A DNA stretch of 61,325 bases, filler included, from 4 parts of 4 records of this genome joined end to end with filler, not necessarily neighbours in it, one strand, 5' to 3'. Positions 38,418 through 48,542 are shown, counted from the first letter of the whole stretch. A program made the numbers and translations. Notes: generated from the letters alone by a model not told the origin.

Positions 38418-39713
38418 ATGTACAATCTGACTACGGTCTCAACAGCCGTTATTATAGCATTTACTTTTACGGTAAACGTTGGTGCTCTACAATCCAGTCC
38501 CCTCGGTATAGCGCAGGAAAAGCCAGCCGTCTCAGGTGAGCTATCTCTTCAGGAAGCCATTAAACTGGCGCTTTCGTCTGAGGATCCTTACCTGATGGAG
38601 CCGGGCGAACAGGCTGCGGCCTTTGATGATCGTGCGGTTTCAGATTCGCAACTGCCAGACCCCAAACTGAGAATGACATTTGCAAACTGGCCGACCAATA
38701 GCTTCAGTTATACGCAAGAAGCAATGACCCAGCTTCAGGTGGGGGTCAGTCAGGCTTTCCCGAAAGGGGATACGCTCCAGCATCGGCGGTCAAAGCGAAA
38801 AGCGCAGGCGACCAGCGAACGGTTCCGTCAGGAACTGCGTCAGCGGGAAATCATCCTGGATACGCGCCTTAACTGGCTCGACCTTTACTATTGGACCAAG
38901 GCGGAAGCCAAGGTGGGCGAAAGCCGAAAGGCAGTCGCAGAGCTTATAGAAGTTATTCAGGCTATTTTCGCAACAGGACGCGAGACAAGCCAGGACATCC
39001 TGAGAGCCGAGCTTGAACTCAGCCTTCTGGACGATCGCTTGGTGGAAATCGGCAGGAAGGCATCGATTTCCCGCGCGAAACTGGCACGCCGTATCGGTGA
39101 GGCAGCGGCACGTCGCCCCATTGCGATAACACCGCCTGGTCTGGTTCATCCCTCGGATGTGACGGCTCTTATTGATATTTTACCCCAACATCCTGCGGCC
39201 AAAATGTTCTCGGCGCGCGTTGAAGTGGCAGGCAAAGATGTCGATATCGCCGGTGAGCAATATAAACCCGGATGGACCGTTAATGTGGGGTACGGAGCGC
39301 GCGGTGCCGAGCGCGCTGATTTTGCCTCAGTCGGCGTAGTTATGGATGTGCCCCTTTTCACAGCAAAACGGCAAGACAGAGAGGTTTCTGCCGCAAAGCG
39401 GTCTCGTCAGGCATCCCGCCTGTCGCTGGACGGTGTTTTGCTGGATTTGAGAAGGAAGCTGCAGACAACCTATGCCGACTGGACGCGGCTTCAGGAGCGG
39501 ATTTCCCTCTATCAGTCGGTTGTCCTCAAGCGGGCAAAGGAAACCACAGAAGCATCGCTCACATCCTACCAGAGCGGTGTTACCGATTTTGCAGAACTGG
39601 TTAGAGCGCGGCTGGCAGAGCTTGATGCAGAGCTTAGTTTGATAAGGCTCCAGTCGGACCGATTGAAGGCTCAGGCCCAACTTCTATTCCTTGAAGGTGA
39701 AGACGATGCGTAA
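38418..39713 (+). CDS. TolC-family outer membrane efflux protein (CusC-like)
   Basis: Signal peptide, QLPDPKL, MTQ..VGVSQ.FP, Y.SG..DFAELVRA. Upstream of MFP and RND genes. Confidence 0.88.
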   Translation: MYNLTTVSTAVIIAFTFTVNVGALQSSPLGIAQEKPAVSGELSLQEAIKLALSSEDPYLMEPGEQAAAFDDRAVSDSQLPDPKLRMTFANWPTNSFSYTQEAMTQLQVGVSQAFPKGDTLQHRRSKRKAQATSERFRQELRQREIILDTRLNWLDLYYWTKAEAKVGESRKAVAELIEVIQAIFATGRETSQDILRAELELSLLDDRLVEIGRKASISRAKLARRIGEAAARRPIAITPPGLVHPSDVTALIDILPQHPAAKMFSARVEVAGKDVDIAGEQYKPGWTVNVGYGARGAERADFASVGVVMDVPLFTAKRQDREVSAAKRSRQASRLSLDGVLLDLRRKLQTTYADWTRLQERISLYQSVVLKRAKETTEASLTSYQSGVTDFAELVRARLAELDAELSLIRLQSDRLKAQAQLLFLEGEDDA

Positions 39714-41193
39714 AACAATTTTAACAGTAGCAGCGACGCTGACAATCGGAGCTGGTCTTGGTTACGGCGCAAGCATGCTGGGCCAGGCACCTGAAACTGG
39801 TGCCCCGGCGCAAAACGACGAAAAAGAGGTGCTTTACTGGATAGCGCCGATGGACCCTAATTATAGGCGCGACGAGCCTGGGAAATCACCCATGGGGATG
39901 GAGTTAATCCCTATTTACGCCGGAGACGAAGCTGGCGGCGATGATCCCAATGCACTGAAAATAAGTGGCGCAGTGGTCAATAACATCGGGGTGAGAACTG
40001 ATGTTGCGCTGGCTTCAGATCTGTCCCGTGAGATCGATACCATTGGGTTCATCACGTTCGACGAAGACAAGACGTCACATGTGCATGTACGCACAGCTGG
40101 CTGGGTTGAAAAACTATACAGGAAAGCGGTTGGCGAGGTTGTTCAAAAGGGCGAAGTGATATTCGAACTCTATTCACAGGAATTGGTAAATGCCCAGATA
40201 GAGTTTCTCCAGTCTGTCAGGCTCGACCAGAAAGGTTTTGCAAGCGCAGCACAAGAACGGCTTAAGGCTCTCGGAATGACCGAACGCCAAATCGCTACAG
40301 TTCAAAAAAGCGGTGAAGTGAAACAGCGTATCGAGGTTCTTGCTCCTCAAGATGGTGTTATTATAGCCTTGGAGATTGGTGAGGGCATGCATGTTACACC
40401 GGGCAAAACGGTGTTCTCTCTAGCAGATTTGTCATCCGTCTGGATCAAGGTTGACGTCTTCGAAGGCCAGTCCGACTGGGTAAGCGAAGGCCAGCAAGCA
40501 ACTATGACACTGCCTTTTCTCCCCGGTGAAACCTGGAACGGCACAGTAGATTATGTGTATCCCATCGTTGACCCAATGAGCCGAACAGTACAGGCGCGCT
40601 TGGCGTTTTCCAACCCCGACGGCCGGTTGAAGCCAAATATGTACGGTGAGATCAGTATTGCGGCATCTCCGGTGAAGGATGTCGTTTCCATTCCGCGCGA
40701 GGCGCTTATTCGCACCGGCAAAACTGATCGGGTTGTACTGGCACTAGGCGACGGCAAGTACCGACCTGCCGAAGTTGTTGCTGGCATGGAAAGTGGTGAC
40801 CGGGTGGAAATCAAAGCTGGCCTGTCAGCCGGCGAGGTGATCGTAACATCCGGTCAGTTTCTCATCGACTCCGAAGCCAGCATCAATAGTGCTTTTCTGC
40901 GTATGCTGGAAGCGGGTGCCAAGCAAGATCATGCCGGGCACGACATGGCTGAAATGGCTGACGAAATAGAGGTTCATCACGGCATGGGCACAGTTAACTC
41001 GGTGTCGGATGATGGCACCGTCAACCTTACCCATGACCCCATCTCTTCGCTTGGCTGGCCCGAAATGACGATGGGTTTTTCCGCCGACCCTGAGGTTGAT
41101 TTGTCATCTTTCGCACCCGGTGATCGCATGCATTTTGAGCTGACGAAAAGTGCTGATGGCCCCTTTGTTATCACCAAAGCGACAAAAATGTAG
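39706..41193 (+). CDS. cusB: CusB-type periplasmic adaptor with C-terminal CusF-like domain
   Basis: YWIAPMDP...PGKSPMGMEL (three-Met site), LKPNMYG, SGQFLIDSEAS; C-terminal HDPI..LGWPEMTMGF. Confidence 0.9.
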   Translation: MRKTILTVAATLTIGAGLGYGASMLGQAPETGAPAQNDEKEVLYWIAPMDPNYRRDEPGKSPMGMELIPIYAGDEAGGDDPNALKISGAVVNNIGVRTDVALASDLSREIDTIGFITFDEDKTSHVHVRTAGWVEKLYRKAVGEVVQKGEVIFELYSQELVNAQIEFLQSVRLDQKGFASAAQERLKALGMTERQIATVQKSGEVKQRIEVLAPQDGVIIALEIGEGMHVTPGKTVFSLADLSSVWIKVDVFEGQSDWVSEGQQATMTLPFLPGETWNGTVDYVYPIVDPMSRTVQARLAFSNPDGRLKPNMYGEISIAASPVKDVVSIPREALIRTGKTDRVVLALGDGKYRPAEVVAGMESGDRVEIKAGLSAGEVIVTSGQFLIDSEASINSAFLRMLEAGAKQDHAGHDMAEMADEIEVHHGMGTVNSVSDDGTVNLTHDPISSLGWPEMTMGFSADPEVDLSSFAPGDRMHFELTKSADGPFVITKATKM

Positions 41194-41209
41194 GAAGCGG
41201 AGACATCAA

Positions 41210-44200
41210 ATGATTGCAAATATTATACGATGGTCGATAGAGAACCGCTTTTTGGTGGTGATCCTGACCTTGCTATTTACCGGCTGGGGCGCTTATTCGC
41301 TCTCGAAAACACCTCTGGATGCCATCCCTGACCTCTCGGATGTGCAGGTGATTATCAAGACAACATACCCGGGCCAAGCGCCGCAGGTGGTTGAGGACCA
41401 GGTAACATATCCGCTAACAACGGCGATGCTGTCAGTCCCGGGCGCCACAACGGTCAGGGGCTACTCCTTCTTTAACGATTCATATGTCTACATCATTTTT
41501 GAAGACGGCACGGACCTCTATTGGGCACGTTCACGGGTTCTGGAATATCTGAGCCAGGTTGCCCCCACCCTGCCACAGGAAGCCCGATCAGCCCTAGGGC
41601 CGGACGCTACCGGGGTTGGATGGGTGTATCAATATGCCCTAGTAGACCGTACTGGTGGGCATGACCTTTCGCAGCTCCGCAGCATTCAGGACTGGTTTCT
41701 GAAATTTGAACTGCAAACGGTAGAGGGCGTATCCGAGGTGGCCACCATCGGCGGTATGGTCAAACAGTATCAGGTTGTCGTTAATCCCAACCGGCTGCGG
41801 GCATACGACATAACCCTGCCGATGGTGAAGATGGCCATTCAGCGCGGCAACCAGGAAACCGGTGGCCGGGTCATTGAAATGGCAGAGGCAGAATATATGG
41901 TTCGCGCGTCCGGCTATATCGATGAGCTGTCGGACCTTGAATCCATTCCTGTCGGCCTGACCAAAACCGGCACGCCCATTCTTCTGAAAGATATTGCCGA
42001 ACTGCGCACAGGTCCGGAACTCAGACGTGGTATCGGCGAACTGAACGGCGAAGGAGAAGCTGTCGGCGGTGTGATTATCATGCGCTGGGGCGAAAACGCC
42101 CTGAGCACGATCGAGAAGGTGAAAGAAAAACTTGAAATCCTCAAACGCAGCCTGCCTGAAGGTGTGGAAGTCGTAGAAACCTACGACCGCTCATCGCTGA
42201 TTAAGCGGGCGGTCACCACATTGGCTGAAAAGTTGATCGAGGAATTTTTGGTCGTCGCCCTCGTCTGTGCGGTCTTTCTGTTTCATCTAAGATCATCACT
42301 TGTGGTTGTCCTCAGTTTACCGGTCGGCATTCTGGCGGCGTTCATTGTTATGAATAGCCAGGGTGTTAACGCCAACATCATGTCATTGGGCGGGATCGCC
42401 ATTGCCATTGGTGCCATGGTCGATGCCACCATTGTCATGATAGAAAATTATCACAAGCATATGGAGGAAGATGATGTCACCGATGAAAACAGGTGGCAGA
42501 TTGTGACCAAAACCGCGGTTGAGGTCGGGCCGCCGCTTTTCTTCTCTTTGCTGATTATTACCCTTAGTTTCGTTCCCATTTTTGCGCTTGAAGCACAAGA
42601 GGGGCGACTGTTTCACCCGCTTGCCTTCACCAAAACATTCGCTATGGCAGCAGCGGCAGGTCTATCGATCACCATCGTGCCGGTTTTGATGGGGTATTTT
42701 ATTCGCGGCAAAATTTTGCCCGAACACAAGAACCCGATTAACCGGGGCCTAATGGCCGCTTACAAACCCTTCGTTGGAATAGTTCTGAAGTTCCCGAAGA
42801 GCATGCTCCTGGTCGCATTACTGATTATGGCCAGCGCCGCCTATCCCTTGTCACAAATCGGTGGTGAATTCATGCCGGACCTGGACGAAGGGGACCTCCT
42901 GTATATGCCCAGTGCCTATCCGGCGATCTCTGCTGGCAAAATGGCGCAGGTTGTCCAGCAGACTAACAAATTGATCAAGACCATACCGGAAGTCGAGGCC
43001 GTATACGGCAAGGCTGGACGCGCTGACACCGCAACCGACCCGGCACCGCTCACGATGATCGAGACAACGATCAAGCTTAAGCCGCAAAGCGAATGGCGCG
43101 AAGGTATGACGACAGAGCAATTGAAAATGGAACTCAATCGCCTGGTGCAAGTCCCAAGCCTGACCAACGTCTGGATTATGCCAATTAAGAATCGCATCGA
43201 TATGCTGGCGACCGGCATTAAAACCCCGGTGGGAATTAAGGTCGCCGGGCCTGACCTGCAGGTGATCAGTGAAGTCGGTCAGGAGATTGAACGCGTGATA
43301 CGGGAAGTGCCGGGCACAGCGTCGGTGTATGCCGAGCGGGTAACGGGCGGGCGGTATATTAATGCCGATATCGACCGGGTGAAAGCAGCGCGGTACGGCC
43401 TTAATATTGCGGACGTACAGGACGTGATACGAACCGCAATTGGCGGCATGACCGTGACAGAAAGCATCGAAGGCCTGGAGCGCTATCCGGTTAACCTCAG
43501 GTATCCGAGAGAGTTTCGGGATTCGCTCGACCGGTTGCGGGCGCTTCCTGTCGTCACACCAAATGGAGAGCATATCCCACTTGGCCAGATCGCCGATATC
43601 AGTGTCAGTGGTGGACCGGGTGTGATCCGCAGTGAAAATGCCCGCCTCAACGGCTGGATCTATGTCGATATTGCCGGAGTTGATATTGGCAGTTATGTTG
43701 CGCGCGCCAAGCAGACAGTGACTGATAATATCGACCTGCCCCCGGGCTACTCAATCGCCTGGTCGGGCCAGTATGAATATATGGAACGCGCCAAGGCGAA
43801 ACTGAGTGTGGTGGTGCCGGTGACACTCGTCATCATCTTGCTGTTACTCTATATCAACTTCAAAAACCTGACCGCCGTTTTCATTATCATGGGCACGCTG
43901 CCACTATCACTTGTTGGCGGCATCTGGCTTCTGTACGCCCTGGATTATAATCTGTCTGTTGCGGTCGGAGTTGGGTTCATTGCGCTTGCGGGCGTTGCGG
44001 TCGAGATAGGCGTTCTTATGATCGTCTATCTCAATCAGGCATGGGACAAAATCACAGCGACGGCTGCCAAGGAAAATCGGAACCTTGCAAAAGCAGACCT
44101 GGTGCAGGCGGTGATCAACGGCGCGCTGATGCGCGTGCGCCCGATCATGATGACCGTAGCTGTGATCATCGCAGGTTTGCTGCCGATTATGCTTGGTACC

Positions 44201-44365
44201 GGCACAGGCTCCGAAGTTATGCGCCGCATCGCCGCCCCGATGGTTGGCGGCATGATCAGCGCAACCATTCTGACGCTTCTGGTAATCCCGGCAGCTTATC
44301 TTCTCTGGAAAAGTCGCGAAACAACAGAGGATTCCCCGGCGCTTGCCCACGAAACAGACACTTAA
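41210..44365 (+). CDS. cusA: CusA/SilA heavy-metal efflux RND transporter
   Basis: DAIPDLSDVQVI, LGPDATGVGWVYQY, GAMVDA, EFMPDLDEGDLLYMP, DPAPLTMIET, NRIDML, GSEVMRRIAAPMVGG. Confidence 0.95.
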   Translation: MIANIIRWSIENRFLVVILTLLFTGWGAYSLSKTPLDAIPDLSDVQVIIKTTYPGQAPQVVEDQVTYPLTTAMLSVPGATTVRGYSFFNDSYVYIIFEDGTDLYWARSRVLEYLSQVAPTLPQEARSALGPDATGVGWVYQYALVDRTGGHDLSQLRSIQDWFLKFELQTVEGVSEVATIGGMVKQYQVVVNPNRLRAYDITLPMVKMAIQRGNQETGGRVIEMAEAEYMVRASGYIDELSDLESIPVGLTKTGTPILLKDIAELRTGPELRRGIGELNGEGEAVGGVIIMRWGENALSTIEKVKEKLEILKRSLPEGVEVVETYDRSSLIKRAVTTLAEKLIEEFLVVALVCAVFLFHLRSSLVVVLSLPVGILAAFIVMNSQGVNANIMSLGGIAIAIGAMVDATIVMIENYHKHMEEDDVTDENRWQIVTKTAVEVGPPLFFSLLIITLSFVPIFALEAQEGRLFHPLAFTKTFAMAAAAGLSITIVPVLMGYFIRGKILPEHKNPINRGLMAAYKPFVGIVLKFPKSMLLVALLIMASAAYPLSQIGGEFMPDLDEGDLLYMPSAYPAISAGKMAQVVQQTNKLIKTIPEVEAVYGKAGRADTATDPAPLTMIETTIKLKPQSEWREGMTTEQLKMELNRLVQVPSLTNVWIMPIKNRIDMLATGIKTPVGIKVAGPDLQVISEVGQEIERVIREVPGTASVYAERVTGGRYINADIDRVKAARYGLNIADVQDVIRTAIGGMTVTESIEGLERYPVNLRYPREFRDSLDRLRALPVVTPNGEHIPLGQIADISVSGGPGVIRSENARLNGWIYVDIAGVDIGSYVARAKQTVTDNIDLPPGYSIAWSGQYEYMERAKAKLSVVVPVTLVIILLLLYINFKNLTAVFIIMGTLPLSLVGGIWLLYALDYNLSVAVGVGFIALAGVAVEIGVLMIVYLNQAWDKITATAAKENRNLAKADLVQAVINGALMRVRPIMMTVAVIIAGLLPIMLGTGTGSEVMRRIAAPMVGGMISATILTLLVIPAAYLLWKSRETTEDSPALAHETDT

Positions 44366-44377
44366 CAGGAGAAAGTC

Positions 44378-45394
44378 ATGAACAGCTTCATCATTCCAAA
44401 TTGGCACCCGTTTTTGGTGCACTTCACTATCGCTCTTGTCGTTACATCGAGTGTTTTCTTTGTCCTGACGAAACTGTTGCCCAAGCGAGCTGATACTTTT
44501 GCGATTGTTGCGAAATGGACCCTGTGGTCGGCGGCATTTGTTACGGTGTTAACCCTGCTTGCAGGGTTTGCAGCCTTTAACTCAGTAGCCCACGATGACA
44601 CGGCGCATATCGTGATGAAAACGCACCGTCTATGGGCGCTATTTGCAGCAGCCGCGCTTTTCATCGTGGCAATATGGAGTTATCGGACGAAGGGCGCTCC
44701 ATTAGTGTTGGTGGTAGGTAGTGTCGTAGTAGCGGGTCTTGTCGGGACCACCGGCTATCTGGGTGCGGAGCTTGTTTACCGCCATGGTCTGGGGGTTATG
44801 CGCCTGCCGGACAATACCGGCGAGGGCCACAGTCATGCTGGCGGGAGCGGACATAGCCATAATGACGGCGCCGTTTCAACCGGTGACCATCATACTGCCG
44901 TACCCCCTACAAAACATGAACAGAGGGGGGCAGATGGTCACGGGCACAGCAACGCGACCAGTCAACATGACCACGGCGAAGACTGCGGCGATATCAAACA
45001 TGCTAACGGTGAAGGGTCGGCTTTAGCGTTTGCGAAGAGCTTTCAAGTTGCATTGAATGGTGGTGATTTCGATACGGTCGCGGGGAGCTTTGCCGCTGAC
45101 GCCGTTATTTTTGAGAACGGCGTGAGAGAAGTATCGCTGGAAGACTACCTCGAGCATCACCTCAAGCCGGAAATGCCGATGCTAAAAGCGGCTAACAGGC
45201 AAGTCCTCAAACAAGATGTTGTCGAAACGAATAGTATAGCAATCGTTTCGACCGCCTCGATGCTCTCTATCAAAAGTAAGGGAAAGCAACATGACTTTTA
45301 CAGCGCCGAAACACTTACCCTCCAAACTCAGAAGGGTGAATGGAAGGTGATCCACGTGCACTGGTCCTCTCGTCCAGTCGTAAAAAGGAACTAA
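44378..45394 (+). CDS. DUF2231 + His-rich linker + NTF2/SnoaL-like fusion (paralog of 30381-31391)
   Basis: IIPNWHPFLVHF, HD..AH..M..H, GAELVYRHGLGV, GHSH repeats, IFENG...Y..HH, WKVIHVHWSS. Confidence 0.78.
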   Translation: MNSFIIPNWHPFLVHFTIALVVTSSVFFVLTKLLPKRADTFAIVAKWTLWSAAFVTVLTLLAGFAAFNSVAHDDTAHIVMKTHRLWALFAAAALFIVAIWSYRTKGAPLVLVVGSVVVAGLVGTTGYLGAELVYRHGLGVMRLPDNTGEGHSHAGGSGHSHNDGAVSTGDHHTAVPPTKHEQRGADGHGHSNATSQHDHGEDCGDIKHANGEGSALAFAKSFQVALNGGDFDTVAGSFAADAVIFENGVREVSLEDYLEHHLKPEMPMLKAANRQVLKQDVVETNSIAIVSTASMLSIKSKGKQHDFYSAETLTLQTQKGEWKVIHVHWSSRPVVKRN

Positions 45395-45429
45395 CCCCAC
45401 GCTTTAACACCAAACAGAAGGGAAATATC

Positions 45430-45771
45430 ATGAAGAAGCTTCCACAAATTGCCACGGTGTTGGCGATAGTTGTTGGTTTAAATGCGCCAGTTGTCTCGGC
45501 TGCAGACGAAAACCAACATTCGCATCAGGCTGAAAAAAAAGAAGTGATGATTCACGCAGTGGTCAATAGCATCAATTCAACTGACCGCATGGTAAATATA
45601 AGCCATGGGCCTATCAAGGATCTGAGTTGGCCCGCGATGACAATGGATATGAAAGTTGCACAAAACGTAGACATGGACGTGTTTCACAAGGGTGAAGAGA
45701 TTATGGTTTCGTTATCCCGGGATGGAAAAGGTATATTTGAAATTGTCAAAGTGATGGTTCATGGTCACTAG
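45430..45771 (+). CDS. cusF: CusF-family periplasmic Cu/Ag chaperone
   Basis: Signal peptide; ISHGPI..LSWPAMTMD (His-Trp-Met-Met site). Confidence 0.88.
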   Translation: MKKLPQIATVLAIVVGLNAPVVSAADENQHSHQAEKKEVMIHAVVNSINSTDRMVNISHGPIKDLSWPAMTMDMKVAQNVDMDVFHKGEEIMVSLSRDGKGIFEIVKVMVHGH

Positions 45772-45841
45772 GCTTTATCATTTCTTTTTAATTTATCGTT
45801 GTAATGTATTATAGTTGAACCAAGCGTAATGTAGGTTGAGA

Positions 45842-46276
45842 ATGAATAGACTTGGAAAATGGGGGCGTTTGGTAGCTCTGGTCAACATCATTGTATGGAC
45901 CAGTTCGCCTGTAATGTCGCTTTCCAACCCAGAGCGGTTTCACCCGCAGAGTAGTCTCGAGGTTTTAGCTGACGGGTTGTTGGTGCTTCAATCGATTGAA
46001 TCCGTTGACTTAGAGAAGCTACCGGATTTGCGCTCTGAGACGTTCAATACATTTCTTAGCTTACATGTCCAGATACCATCGCCGGATGACAACACGCACC
46101 TTCACGGCATATTGGATGGATGTTGCGGGTCCGGCGGATTGGTTTGTGATGTAGGCCTGATCCTGAGGTCGACAATTGTGCCGCAATCCTCAGTGACACA
46201 AATACATGGTCTGAGAGCAGTGCACAATCTTGCGAGCCTCGCCCTTTCTCCTTTATATCACCCTCCGAAACCTTAG
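45842..46276 (+). CDS. Cys-containing exported leader protein ending in HPPKP, upstream of a TonB-dependent receptor (DUF2946/CruR-like architecture)
   Basis: N-terminal hydrophobic segment, HLHG...GCCG.....C, C-terminal SPLYHPPKP*. Confidence 0.62.
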   Translation: MNRLGKWGRLVALVNIIVWTSSPVMSLSNPERFHPQSSLEVLADGLLVLQSIESVDLEKLPDLRSETFNTFLSLHVQIPSPDDNTHLHGILDGCCGSGGLVCDVGLILRSTIVPQSSVTQIHGLRAVHNLASLALSPLYHPPKP

Positions 46277-46426
46277 AACTTCCAGCCATTTGATCAGTTG
46301 TCGCTTGTTATAGAGAAGCTGCTCTTTTGGCATAACACACTCAAGGAAATATTGGTTTAAAGCTCACTGAGTCCCTTAAGATTCAGGCAGAGCACATTGG
46401 GGCTAAACGGTCCCGTGGAGGAAGTT

Positions 46427-48532
46427 ATGACTAGAATATTCAAACCAACACTGTCTCTTTTTGGAGCAACTTGCGCGTCGGCGCTGCTGGCGGGCAATGC
46501 ATGGTCCCAAGAGGCTGATACAGATGGCAGTCTACTCGAAGAAGTAATTATTACAGCCCAAAAGCGCGAGTCCAGTCTTCAGGATACGCCTATTAGCGTA
46601 TCTGCTTTGACGGGGGAGATGCTGGAGAACATCGGCATCCGCACGATAGAAGACTTCACTTTCTTTGTACCCGGAATAACCGTCACCAACGATTCAATGG
46701 CGATCGTAAATATTCGTGGCATCGGGACATCCGCCTTCGGCGTGGCTACTGACCCGAGTTCGACTGTTCACATAGACGGTATTTATCAGCCTCGTCCCAC
46801 CACAGGCTACCAGGATATGTTTGACGTTGAGCGCTTGGAATTGTTGCGAGGCCCGCAAGGCGTTTTGTTTGGTCGAAATTCAACCGGGGGAACGCTTAAT
46901 ATCATATCCAAAGCGCCAACCGACGAATTTGAGGGTGCCGTCGGTGTAACGTTCGGGAACTTTAACAAGCGCACGTTCAGCGGCACCGTTTCGGGTCCGT
47001 TGGCTGACAGTGTGCGCGGACGTGTTACTCTGCTCAAGAATGATCGAGATGGTATTTATACCGACATCGTTTCCGGAGACGAATATCAGGATCAGGACAA
47101 CATTGCCGGGCGCGCAACCATTGCTATAGACTTGGCAGAAGGCTTTGAGTTGATACTGCGCGGCGATTTTAGCAGAGAGCGCGAAACTGGTTTTCCTGCA
47201 ATACGAACTTTTTATCCACAAGAGTTTGTTGATGCGGGTGCCACGATTCCCAGCCGCGACCGCGACCTCGCTTTTGATACTACGCCGGTCAGTGATCTGG
47301 ACGTCTGGGGAGTTTCTTCAACTGCCATATGGCACGGAGAGGATGTTACGTTCAAATCTATTACGTCATACCGTGAGAGCGATATTGAACAGGTAATCGA
47401 CGCGGACGCCACCGACTTGTTTCTCTTCGATATTGGATTTCGGGAAAATTCTCGATCATTCACTCAGGAACTACAGCTTACTAACAATGATTCGTCCCGA
47501 CTTGAGTGGATCGTCGGTGCTTTCTTTCTGAATGAAGATGGGGACGGCGGCATCGACTTGTTGTTTCAGGACCCGAAAATCAACATTTCCGAGGCCAATA
47601 TCACCAATGCCTATGCGTTGTTTGGTCAAGGCACCTATAATGTGACTGACAGGCTTCGTGCGACTTTCGGCGTTCGTTACAGCTACGAGAAAAAGAGCTA
47701 TAATTTCTCGACAGATGTAAACGGAGCGAACGTCGACGGCGGTTCGCCGTCAGCCGATTGGAAGGCTTGGACACCCCGGTTCGCGGTAGATTATGACATC
47801 AACGATGATGTTTTGGCCTATGTATCGGCAACGCGCGGTTTCAAATCGGGTGGTTTCCAGCTCGGCGATGCCGGCGCTTTTGATCCAGAATTTCTGTGGA
47901 GTTATGAGGCTGGCTTGAAGTCGACACTTTTGGATAAGAGATTACGCGCAAATATTGGCCTGTTCCAATATGATTACACCAATTTGCAGGTGGTAGAGTT
48001 CGTCGGTGGTGTTGCAACGACGAGCAACGCCGGTGAGGCGACGGTGCGTGGTATCGAAGGTGAGTTTGTTGCCAGGGTTGCCGACGATTTCGACATAAAC
48101 GCAACGGTAGCTTATCTGGACGCTACATATGACGTATTCTTCGAGGGGGGCGAGGATTTTTCCGGAAACCGGCTCGCCAACTCTCCCAATTGGGCTTATT
48201 CCTTCGGCGCTCAGTATACTACGGAGGTTGGTTCCTCGGGTCACCTGACCATCAGGGGCGATTATGCGTGGCGTGATAACGTGGATTTCAAGCGAGACAA
48301 TCTACCGCAATTTCGTGCGGATACATACTCGCTGCTGAACGCGCGTATCTCCTTTACGTCCATTGACGAACTTTGGGAAGTGTCGCTTTACGGTCAAAAC
48401 CTGACTGACAATCGTTATGCCACTTATATTACCCTTGGCAGAAACGTTGGCGGTGCGGCTGACCCGAACTTGCCAGTGACCGTTTTTGGTGAACCGCGTC
48501 AATATGGGATTCAACTGAAAAGGAACTTCTAG
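46427..48532 (+). CDS. TonB-dependent outer membrane receptor
   Basis: Signal peptide, LEEVIITAQKR TonB box, plug DVERLELLRGPQGVLFGRNSTGG, C-terminal PRQYGIQLKRNF. ATG 46427 has a GGAGGA RBS. Confidence 0.93.
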   Translation: MTRIFKPTLSLFGATCASALLAGNAWSQEADTDGSLLEEVIITAQKRESSLQDTPISVSALTGEMLENIGIRTIEDFTFFVPGITVTNDSMAIVNIRGIGTSAFGVATDPSSTVHIDGIYQPRPTTGYQDMFDVERLELLRGPQGVLFGRNSTGGTLNIISKAPTDEFEGAVGVTFGNFNKRTFSGTVSGPLADSVRGRVTLLKNDRDGIYTDIVSGDEYQDQDNIAGRATIAIDLAEGFELILRGDFSRERETGFPAIRTFYPQEFVDAGATIPSRDRDLAFDTTPVSDLDVWGVSSTAIWHGEDVTFKSITSYRESDIEQVIDADATDLFLFDIGFRENSRSFTQELQLTNNDSSRLEWIVGAFFLNEDGDGGIDLLFQDPKINISEANITNAYALFGQGTYNVTDRLRATFGVRYSYEKKSYNFSTDVNGANVDGGSPSADWKAWTPRFAVDYDINDDVLAYVSATRGFKSGGFQLGDAGAFDPEFLWSYEAGLKSTLLDKRLRANIGLFQYDYTNLQVVEFVGGVATTSNAGEATVRGIEGEFVARVADDFDINATVAYLDATYDVFFEGGEDFSGNRLANSPNWAYSFGAQYTTEVGSSGHLTIRGDYAWRDNVDFKRDNLPQFRADTYSLLNARISFTSIDELWEVSLYGQNLTDNRYATYITLGRNVGGAADPNLPVTVFGEPRQYGIQLKRNF

Positions 48533-48542
48533 TCTCCTTGCA

